Assembly: GCA_951406725.2 (NCBI GenBank)
Contig: OX597839.1
Location: forward strand, 20,336,001-20,400,000
Length of the DNA stretch: 64,000 nucleotides
Source of the DNA: Octopus vulgaris
Taxonomy: Eukaryota
Direction of reading: 5' to 3'
A program made the position numbers and the translations under genes. Position 1 is the first letter of the stretch. Every line of letters begins with the position of its first letter. The notes beneath the pieces were generated by a model. That model saw only the letters and a program-made list of their open reading frames with translations. It had not been told where the DNA came from and did not search any database. Positions 40,384-54,153 of the stretch are shown here, piece after piece.

Positions 40384-40833
40384 TTGTCGTTGCTGTTGTT
40401 GTTCTTGCTGTCGTTAATGACTTTGTGGCGATGGTAGTGGTGGGGACCTTGTTTGTGCAGTCACCTTCTTTTGCATTTGGGGGAAATGGCTCCCAATTGA
40501 TCGGTGCTACCACAATCATTGAAACTAGGTCTCTTGTTCTCCACTATTAACTGTAGCTGCTGCTCTTCTGTGTCTTTATTAGATTAGGGATTCTGTCCAG
40601 ATTGTCAGGATTCACCTGAACCATGACACCCCACACTAACCCAACCCAATCTTCTTTTTGAAGCATTTTTTTTATTTGCAATCTATCTGTCTCTTTCACT
40701 GAACTGCATATATCCAACAAAAAACACTTTCAATATAGCAAAAGTAAGAGCATAACAACGAACCACAGCACATACCCAAGGCACACAGAGCTGCGCTCGG
40801 TAGTGAAGTGAAAGCACGCAATAAAAATGACTA

Positions 40834-40902
<69 letters not shown>

Positions 40903-41051
40903 CTCCCCCTCCCAACACCAAAAACTCCCCCCCCCCAATATATGGCACACTAGGCATAACAACAACATGAACTTCCAACATGTTGTCTCTTGAGGTCTCT
41001 GGGTGAGACTTGGAGCCAACTTGTACAAATATAAAGCAAATCTCAAACATA

Positions 41052-41102
<51 letters not shown>

Positions 41103-41269
41103 TAATAATAATAATAATGATAACAATAATAATGATAATAATAATGATAATAATAATAATGATAATAATAATGATAACAATAATAATGATAATAATAATG
41201 ATAATAATAATGATAATAATAATAATAAAAGTTTCAAATTTTGGTATAGGCCAACGATTACGTGGGAGG

Positions 41270-41421
41270 GGTAAGTGGACTATATCGACAAAGATGTTCG
41301 AGTGGTATTTATTTTATTGATCACGAAAGGATGAAAGGCAAAGTCGACCTTGGCGGAATTTGAACTCAGAACGTAAAAACGGACGAAATGCCGCTGAACG
41401 TGCTAACGTTTCTGCCAGCTC
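41270..41421 (-). mobile_element. Old SINE family A copy
   Basis: gaaaggatgaaaggcaaagtcgaccttggcggaatttgaactcagaacg...gctaacgtttctgccagctc. Confidence 0.8.
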
Positions 41422-41495
41422 AATAATAATATCAATAATAATAATGATGATGATAACGATGAGGGTGGTGACGACGACGATGACGATGATGATGG

Positions 41496-41572
<77 letters not shown>

Positions 41573-41579
41573 GTGGTGG

Positions 41580-41620
<41 letters not shown>

Positions 41621-41690
41621 GTGATGGTGATGATGATGATGATGATGATGGTGAAGATGGTGGTGGTGGTGGTGGTGGTGGTGGTGATGA

Positions 41691-41729
<39 letters not shown>

Positions 41730-42056
41730 GTGGTGGTGAAGATGGTGGTGGTGGTGGTGGTGGTGGTGGTGGTGGTTTCTTCATTGCTTCCATGGTATGC
41801 AATAAATGGAGATCATTACGATGCTGAATTACATAAACGGTGTGAGTTTTACGAGGAGGAGAAGAGAAGGAGAAGAAGGGGGAGGGGAGGACGAGGACGA
41901 GGAGAGGAGGAGGACGGCGATGAGGAGGACGAGGAAGAGGTAGTAGGGAGGGGGAGGGATAATAGAAGAGGAAGTGAGAAGAACAAGAAGATTGTGGTAG
42001 TTATTTTGGTGTTGGTTGGTCACGGTGGTACTGGTGATAGTGGCCAGCAGTTGTTG

Positions 42057-42088
<32 letters not shown>

Positions 42089-42239
42089 GGTGCTACGATG
42101 AATCTATGAGGTATAAAGAGAAGGCAATATTTTGGAAGTGAGATAGATCGATGGCAACGGGATTGATAGATGGAACAAAGAACAATGGAAGTAGTGATTT
42201 GTAATTAGAGATGGAGAGAGAGAGAGGGGGGAATATAAG

Positions 42240-43147
42240 AGTGAGAGAGAGAGAGAGAGTGCAAATAGAGAGAGGTGCAGCAAACGTGATAGAGGGAGAG
42301 TAAGGAATAGAGAGAGAGAGAGAGAAAGAAAGAAAGATAGACATAGAAAGAGAGTATTTGAGAGAGAGAGAGAGAGAGTGCAAAAAGAGAGATGTGGAGC
42401 AAACGTGATAGAGGGAGAGTAAGCAATAGAGAGAGAGAGAGAGAGAGAAAGAAAGACATAGAAAGAGAGTATTTGAGAGAGAGAGTGAGAGAGAGCAAAT
42501 AGAGAGATGTGGAGCAAACGTGATAGAGGGAGAGTTAGGGATAGAGAGAGAGAAAGAGAGAAAGATAGACATAGAAAAAGAGTATTTGAGAGAGAGAGAG
42601 AGAGAGAGTGCAAATAGAGAGAGGTGAGGCAAACGTGATAGAGGGAGAGTTAGGGATAGAGAGAGAGAAAGAGAGAAAGATAGACATAGAAAGAGAGTAT
42701 TTGAGAGAGAGAGAGAGAGAGAGTGCAAATAGAGAGAGGTGGAGCAAACGTGATAGAGGGAGAGTTAGGGATAGAGGGAGAGAAAGAGAAAGAAAGAAAG
42801 ATATAGAAAGAGATAGAGTACTTGAGAGAGAAGGAGAGGGAGAAAGAAGGAGAGAGAGAGATAGTGTTAGGAACAAAAAAAGAGCGTTTTTGAAGGGGAG
42901 AAACTGGAAATGGAGAGTGTGAAGATGAACCAGAGAGACAGAGAGAGTTTTTGATGGAAAGAACGAGAGACGGGAGACAAATGTGATAGAAAGAGACAGA
43001 GTGAGAGAGAGAGAGAGAGAGACAGAGAGAGTTCGAAATAGTGAGAGGGAGAGAGAGAGTAAGAAACAGTGAGAGGAGAGAGAGAGAGAGAGAGAGAGAG
43101 TAAAAAACAGAGCGAAAATTAAGAAAGAGGGACAAACGTGACAAAGA

Positions 43148-43185
<38 letters not shown>

Positions 43186-43280
43186 AAGACGTAGAAAGAG
43201 AGTATTTGAGAAAGAGAGAGAGAGAGCGAGGTGGAGCAAACGTGATAGAGGGAGAGTTTGGGATAGAGGGAGAGAGAAAG

Positions 43281-43318
<38 letters not shown>

Positions 43319-43497
43319 TAAGAAAGAAAGAAAGACATAGATAGAGATAGAGTATTTGAGAGAGAAGGAGAGAGACAGACAGAGAGAGTTCGAAATAGTG
43401 AGAGGGAGAGAGAGAGTGAGAAACAGAACGAAAATTAAGAAAGAGGGACAAACGTGGCAAAGAAGGAGAGAGAGAGAGAGAGAGAGAGTGGCAAAGA

Positions 43498-43535
<38 letters not shown>
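42240..43535. repeat. GA-rich higher-order minisatellite (~118 bp unit, about 5 copies plus dispersed subunits)
   Basis: gcaaatagagaga..ggagcaaacgtgatagagggagagtt...gacatagaaagagagtatttga is repeated. Confidence 0.88.
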
Positions 43536-43538
<3 letters not shown>

Positions 43539-44054
43539 GGAAAGAAAGAGAGAGGACTAATGAAAATAAGTTAAAGAGGTAATATGGCGGAGGAGCGACA
43601 TTCCCTCAGCTGCAGTGAGAGTAGGAGATACGTTAAAGCGAAAGTAGGAAAAAAGAGAGGCACGGAAAGGTAAAAGAGATGGGGAAGAAAAATAGTTCCG
43701 AGAAAAGAAAGAAGGATACGAGGAAGGAGAAGATGTAGGATTAGATGGAAAGTCAAGGATGAAGATGAGCGTAAGTGGGTGGATGGAAGAAGAAACAAGA
43801 TGGAAAAGTGGTAGTGTTGGTGGTGGTGGGCTCTTGTAAGGCACGCCGCTTTCCCTTGAAAATGTAATGGTCACGGACCATTTGTGTTTTGAAAGGCCAT
43901 CGATGCGAACCTGAATCACGCGTGCATGGATGTGAGAGATGCGAAGGGAGGTGGGGGCGGGAGTGGGGTGGGGTTGGGTTGGGTGGATCGAATATGCAAT
44001 GTGTGCAGGAGAGGGAGGACAGGGGGAGATAGAGTATAAGAAAGACACACAGGC

Positions 44055-44085
<31 letters not shown>

Positions 44086-44304
44086 GAGGAGGGTGAGTAT
44101 GCGCATGTGTGTGTTTTCATGCGTGTATGGGTGGAGGGGAAGAACGAAATAACTGCGTACGAGTGTGTTTAGGTATACGTGTCCACGCTTGGGAGAGGTG
44201 CATATGTGTGGGTGGATGTATATATACGTATGTATATATATATATATGTGTGTGTGAGTGTGTGTATGTGTATGTATATATGTATATATATATATACATT
44301 TATA

Positions 44305-44488
<184 letters not shown>

Positions 44489-44670
44489 ATATACATATGT
44501 GTGTGTGTGTGTATGCATCGTTTGGTACTCTACATGTGTTTGTACTTCTATGCGTGTGTGTGTATTTATGTGCGTGTGTGTATGAATAAATGTACAATAC
44601 GTGTAGAAGAGAGGGTGGACGAAACGAACGATAGAATATGCGTATGGTTTGCATGCGCGCACATGTACAT

Positions 44671-44705
<35 letters not shown>

Positions 44706-45597
44706 CGTGTGTGCGTATATATGCCTATTTGTACGAATGTGTGCGTAAGAGCGCACATATGCGTTTATGCAATGTCTGCTTGCGTACGTATATACGTGTG
44801 TGTGTGTGTGTGTGTACGCGTGTGTATGGGTGTACACATCTGTGTACATGTGTGTACGTGTGTACACTATTGTGTACATGTGTGTAATTGTGTGCGGGTG
44901 TATGTGTGTGTGTGTGTGTGTGTATGGGTGTACACATCTGTGTACATGTGTGTACGTGTGTACACTATTGTGTACATGTGTGTAATTGTGTGTGGTTGTA
45001 TGTGTGTGTGTGTGTGTATGCATGTGTGCGTAAGTGCGCGCTTGCACGTGTGCACGTGTTCGTTAATACGAAAGGCGCAACAATGCAATGTGCGGAATTG
45101 TATTCTTCTAATCTTTTATTCTTTTATTCTTTTATTCTTTCCCTGGTTTCAGTCATCAGACTGCGGTCATGCTGGGGCACCGCCTTGCAGAACTTTTATC
45201 CGACGAATCAACACCAGAACGTTTTGGTTTTGAAGTCTGGTAATTATTTTATCGTTCTCCTTTACCGAACTGCTAGCATACGAGGACATAATGTATGCTG
45301 TTGTTCAGAACCCAGGCAACCCTAATCGAGAAGAGCTATGATAAAAAGCATTCCGTCCGTGACAATCTCGTCTTTTTTATATGTGCAAGAAAGTCAAGAC
45401 AATATTGTGGACGGCTACGTGTCGCTTTGTAAGACTCCTGGGAAGTGTTTTTTGAGGGGGATTTAGCTGCTGTTTTTAGCTGTTGAAGCTAAGAGGTAGA
45501 GGATCCGTTTCCGGTTCGTTGTGGATGGAACTGGTTGCTTGAGTTGGGGTGAAAGGGAGAGGAAACCAGAAGGGAAGAACAGAAGATGGCAGAGAAG

Positions 45598-45651
<54 letters not shown>

Positions 45652-45749
45652 ACAAAGGTTCACTTCTGATATTGTATATACAGAACAACGTGTAAAATTC
45701 GGTGGTAGATGATGATGGGGGAGGGTGGAGAATGTAAAGAACAGTGAGA

Positions 45750-46239
45750 GAGGAGGAGGAGGAAGAAGAAGAGGAAGGGTGGAGGAGAGGAGAAGGGGGA
45801 AGAAGAGGAAGGGTGGAGGAGAGGAGGAGAAGGAGGAAGAAGAGGAGGTAGAAGAAGACGAAGAAGAAGAAGAAGAAGGAGAAAAGAAGGAAGAGGAGGA
45901 GAAGAAGGAGAAGGAGAAGGAGAAGGAGAAGAAAAAGAAGAAGAAGAAGAAGAAGAAAGAAAAGAAGGAGAAGAAGAAGGAGGAGGAGAAGAAGAAGAAG
46001 AAGAAGAAGAAGAAGAAGAAGAAGAAGAAGAAGAAGAAGAAGAAGAAGAAGAAGAAGAAGAAGAAGAGGAGAAGAAGAAGAAGAAGAAGAAGAAGAAGAA
46101 GAAGAAGAAGAAGAAGAAGAAGAAGAAGAAGAAGAAGAAGAAGAGAAGAAGAAGAAGAGAAGAAGGAGGAGGAGAGAAGAAGAAGGAGAAGAAGAAGAAG
46201 AAGAAGAAGAAGAAGAAGAAGAAGAAGAAGAAGAAAAGG

Positions 46240-46270
<31 letters not shown>

Positions 46271-46380
46271 TAAAAAGAAGAAGAAGAAGAAGAAGAAGAA
46301 GGAGAAGAAGAAGAAGAAAGAGGAGAAGAAGAAGAAGAAGAAAAGAAGGAGAAGGAGGAGGAGGAGAAGAAGAAGAAGAA
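45750..46380. repeat. (GAA)n microsatellite
   Basis: Direct inspection. Confidence 0.97.
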
Positions 46381-46792
46381 CACCGTTTATTTCTATTGAC
46401 CAAACACAATGTTTGTGAGTGTTCAGAATGTTTGCACGAAGTTGTGAGATGTTTTGATGTCTTTACGGAGTCTCGCTTGCAAATTCTAGCATTTTCTTTC
46501 TTCGGTGGTTTTTGCGTGGTATTGTTATGACGTTCGGGATGGTTAATCGGTTGCTCGGTTGCTTGGTTGCTTGGTTGCTTGGTTGCTTGTTTGACTTGTT
46601 CGCAGAGAAAGGGTGGAGGGTAGCGGGGAAAGATTTGATGCCTTTCTTTATGGGAGAAATTTGCTCTCTAGCCATGAGACGTTCTAGTATGATAAAGTTG
46701 CACTTTAAAATAGGTACACTGCGACACAAAAGGCACGTACATATACAACACACACACACTCATACACACACACGCACACACACACACACACT

Positions 46793-46830
<38 letters not shown>

Positions 46831-46979
46831 CATACATACACACAGAAACGCTTCTCCTTAAAAGAAGAAAAGACAGAAACACATATGCATACGCAGAGAA
46901 AAAAATGTCTGCCGAACGAGGGACTTTAACAGCAACAGTTACACGCATGCGTGCAAACACACTGAAGACGCGACATTAA

Positions 46980-47359
46980 AAGTGTATGCATATTATATAT
47001 ATCCTATTATATATGTGTGTATGTGTTGCATGTGTTGTTTTATGTGTATATGTATATGTATATATGTATATATGTCAGTATGTACATGTTTGTATATATA
47101 CATATATATATATATGTATCTATGTATATGTGCGTTTGTGCGTATCAGGGTTTTTTATGAATCTGTGTTTATGAGCATGTATGTCTCTGTCTCTGTATAT
47201 GGTTGTATGAGTGTGTGTGCGTGTGTGTATATATCTGCATGGATATATATATATGAGCAGCACATACATACATACTTATATACATATACATCTACGTATA
47301 CATGCATACATATACATGTGTGCAGGCATATGCGTTTCTGTCAACGTTTTATGTACGCT

Positions 47360-47406
<47 letters not shown>

Positions 47407-47468
47407 TGAGTGTGTTTGTGAGTGTGTGTTAGTGTGTTTGTGAGTGTGTGTGAGCTTAAGCATTTACA

Positions 47469-47520
<52 letters not shown>

Positions 47521-47549
47521 GAGATACACACATATATATATATATGTAC

Positions 47550-47605
<56 letters not shown>

Positions 47606-47733
47606 CGTTACTCTGAGTTTTCGTTGCCGTTCATACTGTCTGATGAACGGCAACACTCACAGATTTTGTTGAAGAGCATATTACTCTACCACTGGTATTT
47701 GAGTACTCTTTTTTATCACATTTATGTGTTTAC

Positions 47734-47788
<55 letters not shown>

Positions 47789-48304
47789 CATAGAGATACA
47801 CACATATATATATATATGTACGTATATATATATATATATATATACACTCACATATAGATACACACATATATATATATGTACGTATGTATGTATATATGTA
47901 TGTGTGTGTGTATGTATGTGTGTGTATGTGTGCGCGCGCGTGTTTGTGTTTATTTCGGTGTCTGTGCGTATGTAAAAATTTCGTAACGTGCATATATGAA
48001 AAAAAAAAATCCTACATGCGTGAATATGTACAAACGTGTGTACGTGTCTTTCAGCATATGTACATTTACATGCGCATGCGCATGTGTGTATATGTGTGTG
48101 TGTGTGTGTGCCTGTGTGTGTGTGTGCGTGTGTCTTTCGCTTATAATTCATCCCGCCCCTGGGTGCATTCTGCGTGTTAATATGCTAATACCTTTGCAAT
48201 TAAACGTTCTGATATTTTGTAAGCCAACAGCTGTGAAATGAAATAATTATAGTTGTATGTGTATATGTATGTGTCTATACACAGAGACGCGTATGTATAT
48301 ATGT

Positions 48305-48399
<95 letters not shown>

Positions 48400-48646
48400 T
48401 GTATGTATGTATATATATATATGCATATACATGTATATATGTATATATATATGTATATATATATGTATGTATATATATATATATATATATATATCCGTGC
48501 GAGTGTGAATATATGCATGAATATGTCTTTGTATGTGTGTGTGTATGTGCATCTGCAGGTATGTGCATATGTATGCATATCTATATACATTTAAATATAT
48601 ATGATTTATGCATTTGGAGATAAATTTGCATATATATACATACATG

Positions 48647-48686
<40 letters not shown>

Positions 48687-48965
48687 AATATATATATGTA
48701 TATATATATGTATATATATATGTGTATATATATATATATATATGTATGTATATATATATATACATATATATATATGCGTGTATCCATATATCCATATATC
48801 TATACAACTCTATAATATACATATGTAATACATGCTTCTATGTATATGTGTAAGTATGTATATATATTTGTGTGCATGCGCGTGTACATGTGTATGTATA
48901 CATATGTATCTCCATATACATGCATTTATTTGTATATACACATATTATATATACATATATATATT

Positions 48966-49000
<35 letters not shown>

Positions 49001-49110
49001 GGAGAGAGACAGAGAGAGAGAGAAGGAGAGAGAAAGAAAGAGGGAGGTCGGGGGAGAGAGGGAGAGAGAGAGAAGACAGACAGACAGACAGACAGACGGA
49101 CAGGCAGACA
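46980..49110. repeat. (TA)/(TG)/(TATG) microsatellite-rich block with local duplications
   Basis: catagagatacacacatatatatatatatgtacg occurs at about 47517 and 47789. Confidence 0.9.
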
Positions 49111-49593
49111 GAAATATGTCAGTGTGTTCTTTATGTATAATGTTTTGTAGAACACCGGTTTTGCTTTTTCTTTCTTTTCTCTTCCAAACAGCTTCTCACC
49201 CTCCTCCCCCTCCTCCCCCTCCTCATCTTCTATGATTCCCCTCCACCTCCTTTTCCTCCCCCACCGAAACAATCCTCCTCCCTTGCCTCCTCCGCCGCCA
49301 TATCTTCCAAGCCTTTTCTTCACATTATATACTTAGCTTCGTTTGTTTTAAATATTTTCGATGGTGGTGATGGTGGTGGTGCTACTGGAGGAGCGGGTTA
49401 AGTGGCTGCGCTCGTCGAACGAGGAGTAGAATGGTTTTCGACTTAAACCTTGCATATTGTTGCCCTTTGAAAATTTCAAAAAAAAAAAGGGAGAAGCCGG
49501 TGCAGTCGTTTTGAACAGCCCCTTAATACTAGAACATTCTAGACGAGGAAATTTGAGTTGAAATTACGTAAGAGTTTTTGTGAGAGAAAATAT

Positions 49594-49810
49594 ATATTTC
49601 TTTACTACCCACAAGGGGCTAAACACAGAGGGGACAAACAAGGACAGACAAACGGATTAAGTCGATTACATCGACCCCAGTGCGTAACTGGTACTTAATT
49701 TATCGACCCCGAAAGGATGAAAGGCAAAGTCGACCTCGGGGGAATTTGAACTCGGAACGTAACGACAAATGAAATACGGCTACGAATTTCGCCCGGCGTG
49801 CTAACCGCCT
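49594..49810 (-). mobile_element. SINE family A monomer
   Basis: Reverse-complement match. The flanking direct repeat tttgtgagagaaaatata (about 49577 and 49810) resembles a long TSD. Confidence 0.9.
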
Positions 49811-50065
49811 TTGTGAGAGAAAATATAAGCCCCGAGTAAGACAACCAATTCACACAGCCCGTGCCTTCTCAAAAATCATGACAACAGTCCCATCGGCGCA
49901 GGCGTGGTTGAGTGGTAAAATCGCTTTCTTCCCAACTGTGTGGTCCGAGGTTTAGTCCAATAGCGCAGTAGAGTCTTCTGCTATAGGATCGTGTCGACCA
50001 GTCTTGAGAACGGATTTGCTAGACGGAAACTTAAACAAGCCCGTCGTATACATACGTGCATACAT

Positions 50066-50250
50066 CGTTAGCTCCTACACGCATTTTTTTTCTCTCCTTG
50101 TTTTTTTTTTCTGTGTCTCTTTCTGTAGAAGAGCGTAGGCTCGAAACGTAAAAGACTTGTTCTATTTCTATTCCTGAGCGCCATACTAATACATTTGTTT
50201 GTTTGTACTCCACCTGCCTTCGTCTTTTGTTTATTTTCGTAAACCTTCCC
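50066..50250 (+). mobile_element. ~180 bp non-coding repeat with hammerhead-like motif (copy 2)
   Basis: Homologous to 19168-19347 and followed by (TA)n. Confidence 0.8.
50118..50155 (+). ncRNA. Minimal type I hammerhead ribozyme, variant core
   Basis: tcttt-CTGTAGA-a-gagcgtaggctc-GAAA-CG-TA-aaaga. The core is identical to copy 1. Confidence 0.6.
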
Positions 50251-50251
50251 G

Positions 50252-50330
<79 letters not shown>

Positions 50331-50332
<2 letters not shown>

Positions 50333-50726
50333 CGCAGGAGTTGCTGTGTGTTAAGTAGCTTGTTTACCAACCACATGGTTCCGGGTTCAGTCCCACTGCG
50401 TGGCACTTTGGGCAAGTGTCTTCTACTATAGCCTCGGGCCGACCAAAGCCTTGTGAGTGGATTTGGTAGACGGAAACTGAAAGAAGCCCGTCGTATATAT
50501 GTATGTGTGTGTTTGTGTGTCTGTGTTTATCCCCCTAGCATTGCTTGACAACCGGTGCTGGTGTGTTTATGTCCTCGCCACTTAGCGGTTCGGCAAAAGA
50601 GACCGATAGAATAAGTACTGGGCTTACAAAGAATAAGTGCCGGGGTCGAGCTACTCGATTAAAGGCGGTGCTGCAGCATGGCCGCAGTCAAATGACTGAA
50701 ACAAGTAAAAGAGTAAAAAGAGTAAA
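50331..50726 (+). mobile_element. SINE family B (mixed subfamily diagnostics)
   Basis: Full match, preceded by (TA)n. Confidence 0.92.
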
Positions 50727-51199
50727 GTTAAGAAACACTGGTTTAGCCACACAAATCGAACTCGTTATGACATTAACGCTCCATGCGGTATTTCCGGGTC
50801 ACTAAGCACGGCCTACTTTTCCATTTGTCTAAAAAAAAATCCTATCTTTAAGCATTTATTGCGTATAATAATTATATATTGGTTATCGAAAATAATCGAT
50901 AATTTATATATAGTATTTGGCAGTGGAACTTGGTTATATGAGCTACAGTCCTGTGTAGTTGTCTTTGACAAATTGGTAGTCGAGAAGAACGTTACACGGT
51001 AGTAACTTTGGCTATAGGTCGTTATTGTTGTTGCGTAATGTCCTGCTCGCTCCTGGACTCTCTGAATCAGTTTCCAACCATTTCTTTTCCTAGAGACCTT
51101 TTGATGCGTATTTTGATGCGTATTTTACATGAATGGACCCTGGTTCAGAACCACAACTCTAAATCTATGAACGAAGGCAGTTTCTGCCTTGACCATCAT

Positions 51200-51432
51200 A
51201 CCTATTTATGTACTACCCACAAGGGGATAAACACAGAGGGGACAAACAAGGACAGACAAACGGATTAAGTCGACGGGTTACATTGACCCTAGTGCGTAAC
51301 TGGTACTTAATTTATCGACCCCGAAGGGATGAAATGCAAAGTCGACCTCGGCGGAATTTGAACTCAGAACGTAACGGCAGACGAAATACCGCTTAGCATT
51401 TCGCCCGGCGTGCTAACGTTTCTGCCAGCTCG
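51200..51432 (-). mobile_element. SINE family A monomer
   Basis: Reverse-complement match. The flanking repeat tgccttgaccatcatacc occurs at 51185 and 51438. Confidence 0.88.
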
Positions 51433-52049
51433 TATGATGCCTTGACCATCATACCATTCACCCAGTCACGGGGTATTTTATCTTAGCGATAGAACAAATG
51501 CCAAGCTTTTGAAAAAATAAGTACTAAGGTCGATTTGTTCGACAAAACCCTTCAAAGTGGTGCCCCAGCATGGCCGCAGCTTAGTATCTAAAACAAGTAA
51601 AAGATAAAACTGTAACTATATATATATTTCACTGCTGTAAAATATTAAATTACATTAATTATATTTTTTAATTAGGCATAATGTCGAAATAGGTTTCATT
51701 TTTTTAAATTAACGAAACGAAATATAACCAGTGTCCCATGAGTGAAAAAGAAAAAAAAACACGAAACAGATTCTTCACTGCTTCGAAACTCCAGCAAGGT
51801 CTTAACTATGATATCTAAATACAAAGCGTTAAAGACCTTTTTCGCTTTCCAACTACGTGGTGTTGGGTTCAGTGCCACCGTGCCGCACTTTGGGGAGTAT
51901 CTTTTACTATGACTGCAGGCCGACCAAAGCCTTGTGAGTGAGTTTGGTGGACGGAAACTCTTTCGAAACCCAATGAAGCCACAAGCTAAATGTATCTTGG
52001 AATAAACGATTGCGATGTGTCCTTTCTGTTCTGAACATATTAAAACAAA

Positions 52050-52379
52050 CAGTAATCCCTCGATATCGCGGGTGTTGTGGTCCAACCCCCACACCCCGTG
52101 ATAGGTGAAAATCCGTGAAGTTAGAAACAGTAGTGTACTGTATTTTTTTTCGTTATTTTTATAATTTACTCTTTTACTCTTTTACTTGTTTCAGTCATTT
52201 GACTGCAGCCATGCTGGAGCACCGCCTTTAGTCGAGCAACTCGACCCCGGGACTTATTCTTTTTGTAAGCCCAGTACTTATTCTATCGGTCTCTTTTTGC
52301 CGAACCGCTAAGTGACGGGGACGTAAACACACCAGCATCGGTTGTCAAGCAATGCTAGGGGAACAAACACAGACACACA

Positions 52380-52411
<32 letters not shown>

Positions 52412-52696
52412 CGACAGGCTTCTTTCAGTTTCCGTCTACCAAATCCACTCACAAGGCATTGGGGCTATAGCAGAAGACACTTGCCCAAGATACCACGCAG
52501 TGGGACTGAACCCGGAACCATGTGGCTGGTTAGCAAGCTACTTACCACACAGCCACTCCTGTGCCTATTTGTTTATATATTTATTTTACTATAAATGCAA
52601 AACAACAACATCGCGGAGGAATCGACGTAAGCTTAAATAATAAAGCGCGATAGGTGAACCGCGATATGTGAAGCGCGATATGGCGAGGGATTACCG
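52050..52696. mobile_element. Tigger/pogo-like MITE interrupted by SINE B
   Basis: TIRs cagtaatccctcgatatcgcg and cgcgatatggcgagggattaccg|TA. Confidence 0.75.
52168..52566 (-). mobile_element. SINE family B (subfamily 2), nested
   Basis: Reverse-complement full match. Confidence 0.92.
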
Positions 52697-52701
52697 TATT
52701 A

Positions 52702-53022
52702 GGTCGGAGAGCTGGCAGAATCGTTAGAACGCCGGGCGAAATGCTTTGCGGTATTTCGTCTGTCTTTACGTTCTGAGTTCAACTTCCGCCGAGGTTGACT
52801 TTGCCTTTCATCCTTTTGGGGTCGATTAAATAAGTACCAGTTACGCACTGTGGTCGATATAATCGACTTAATCCGTTTGTCTGTCCTTGTTTGTCCCCTC
52901 TGTGTGTAGCCCCTTGTGTGCAGTAAAGAAGTAGGGATTTCGTCTGTCTTTAACGTTCTTCGCTGAGGTCGACTTTGCCTTTCACCCTTTTGGTGTCAAT
53001 TAATTAAGTACCAGTTGCGTAA
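52702..53022 (+). mobile_element. SINE family A dimer
   Basis: Head gagctggcagaatcgttag and junction taaagaagta|gggatttcgtc. Confidence 0.85.
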
Positions 53023-53680
53023 CACTTGCCCAGGGTATCATGCAGTGGGACTGAACCTGAAATCAAATTATTGCCAAGCGAGCTTCTTAGCCACACAGCT
53101 ATGCTTGCACCATTAGTCTATAATTTTCAGTTAGAATTGTCTGTTATTTTTAACAAATTAATTCGCTACATAGAAGTCTTGTTTAAATCTTGATCGGGCT
53201 TGACTGAGCACACTGAGCACACTGGCCGATCTGTCATCAAAGATATTCGAATCGTCTCTGTCCAGTCTTTTTTTACAGATATAATGGCAGTTTCTTCTTG
53301 GAGTGACCTTCTTCCAAGGGAAATTGCCTTACAGGTCTGCAAAGCTACCCCTACACAGGAGCAGCTGGAATGATAGCAAAGAGGGTACCGGACCGTCTAA
53401 GGGACTCCACTCTATAATTAGCTGTTGAGGTTGACACTCCTAGCTTTTTCCTTTTCCCAAGGCACTCATAAAGCAGTGAGAGCTTGTATTCGGAGTTTCT
53501 TCCATAGTTAATTCATAGATGGCACTCTCTTCCGTGCCACTGCTCTGAATCTGTGTAGACCTGAGTAAAAATAGTGGCTAGAAAGTGACTCACTCTTCTC
53601 AAAATCATAGGACTTCCGACCCAGGGCTCCAATAAGTGATGTAGTTTAAATTTGTACCCACAATACTTATACAAATATAG

Positions 53681-53973
53681 ATCATTTACATTCGACGGAT
53701 ATTTGTCCTCATCTTGTTTGTTGTTAACACAACGTTTCGGTTGATATACCCTCCAGCCTTCATCAGGTGTCATGGGGGAAATTTCGAACCTGGGTTCTCA
53801 TTCCTAAGGTATTTTTCGATGTTGTTGCTATTATTTTTCAGGTCACTGCCTGGGATCGAACTCAGAATCTCTGGGTTAGTAGCTGGCGCTCTAAACCACT
53901 AAGCCATATACCCGTATGGATTCAGGACATTCGTATTTTTCGATGTTATTATTTTCATTATTATTATTATTGT

Positions 53974-54018
<45 letters not shown>

Positions 54019-54033
54019 AACAACAACTACTAC

Positions 54034-54095
<62 letters not shown>

Positions 54096-54153
54096 TCACT
54101 GCCTGTAATCGAACTCGGAATCTTGAGCTTAGTAACCCGTACGCCATACGCCC
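53681..54153 (-). mobile_element. tRNA-headed SINE-like element with a 3' hammerhead, in partial tandem
   Basis: On the reverse strand the order is A-box tggcttagtgg, B-box gagttcgatccc, (aat)n, then the hammerhead. A second, deleted unit lies at 53914-54153. Confidence 0.8.
53726..53771 (-). ncRNA. Minimal type I hammerhead ribozyme
   Basis: Reverse strand reads gacac-CTGATGA-a-ggctg(gagggtatat)caacc-GAAA-CG-TT-gtgtt. The core is canonical, stem I has 5 bp and stem II pairs 4 of 5. Confidence 0.78.
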
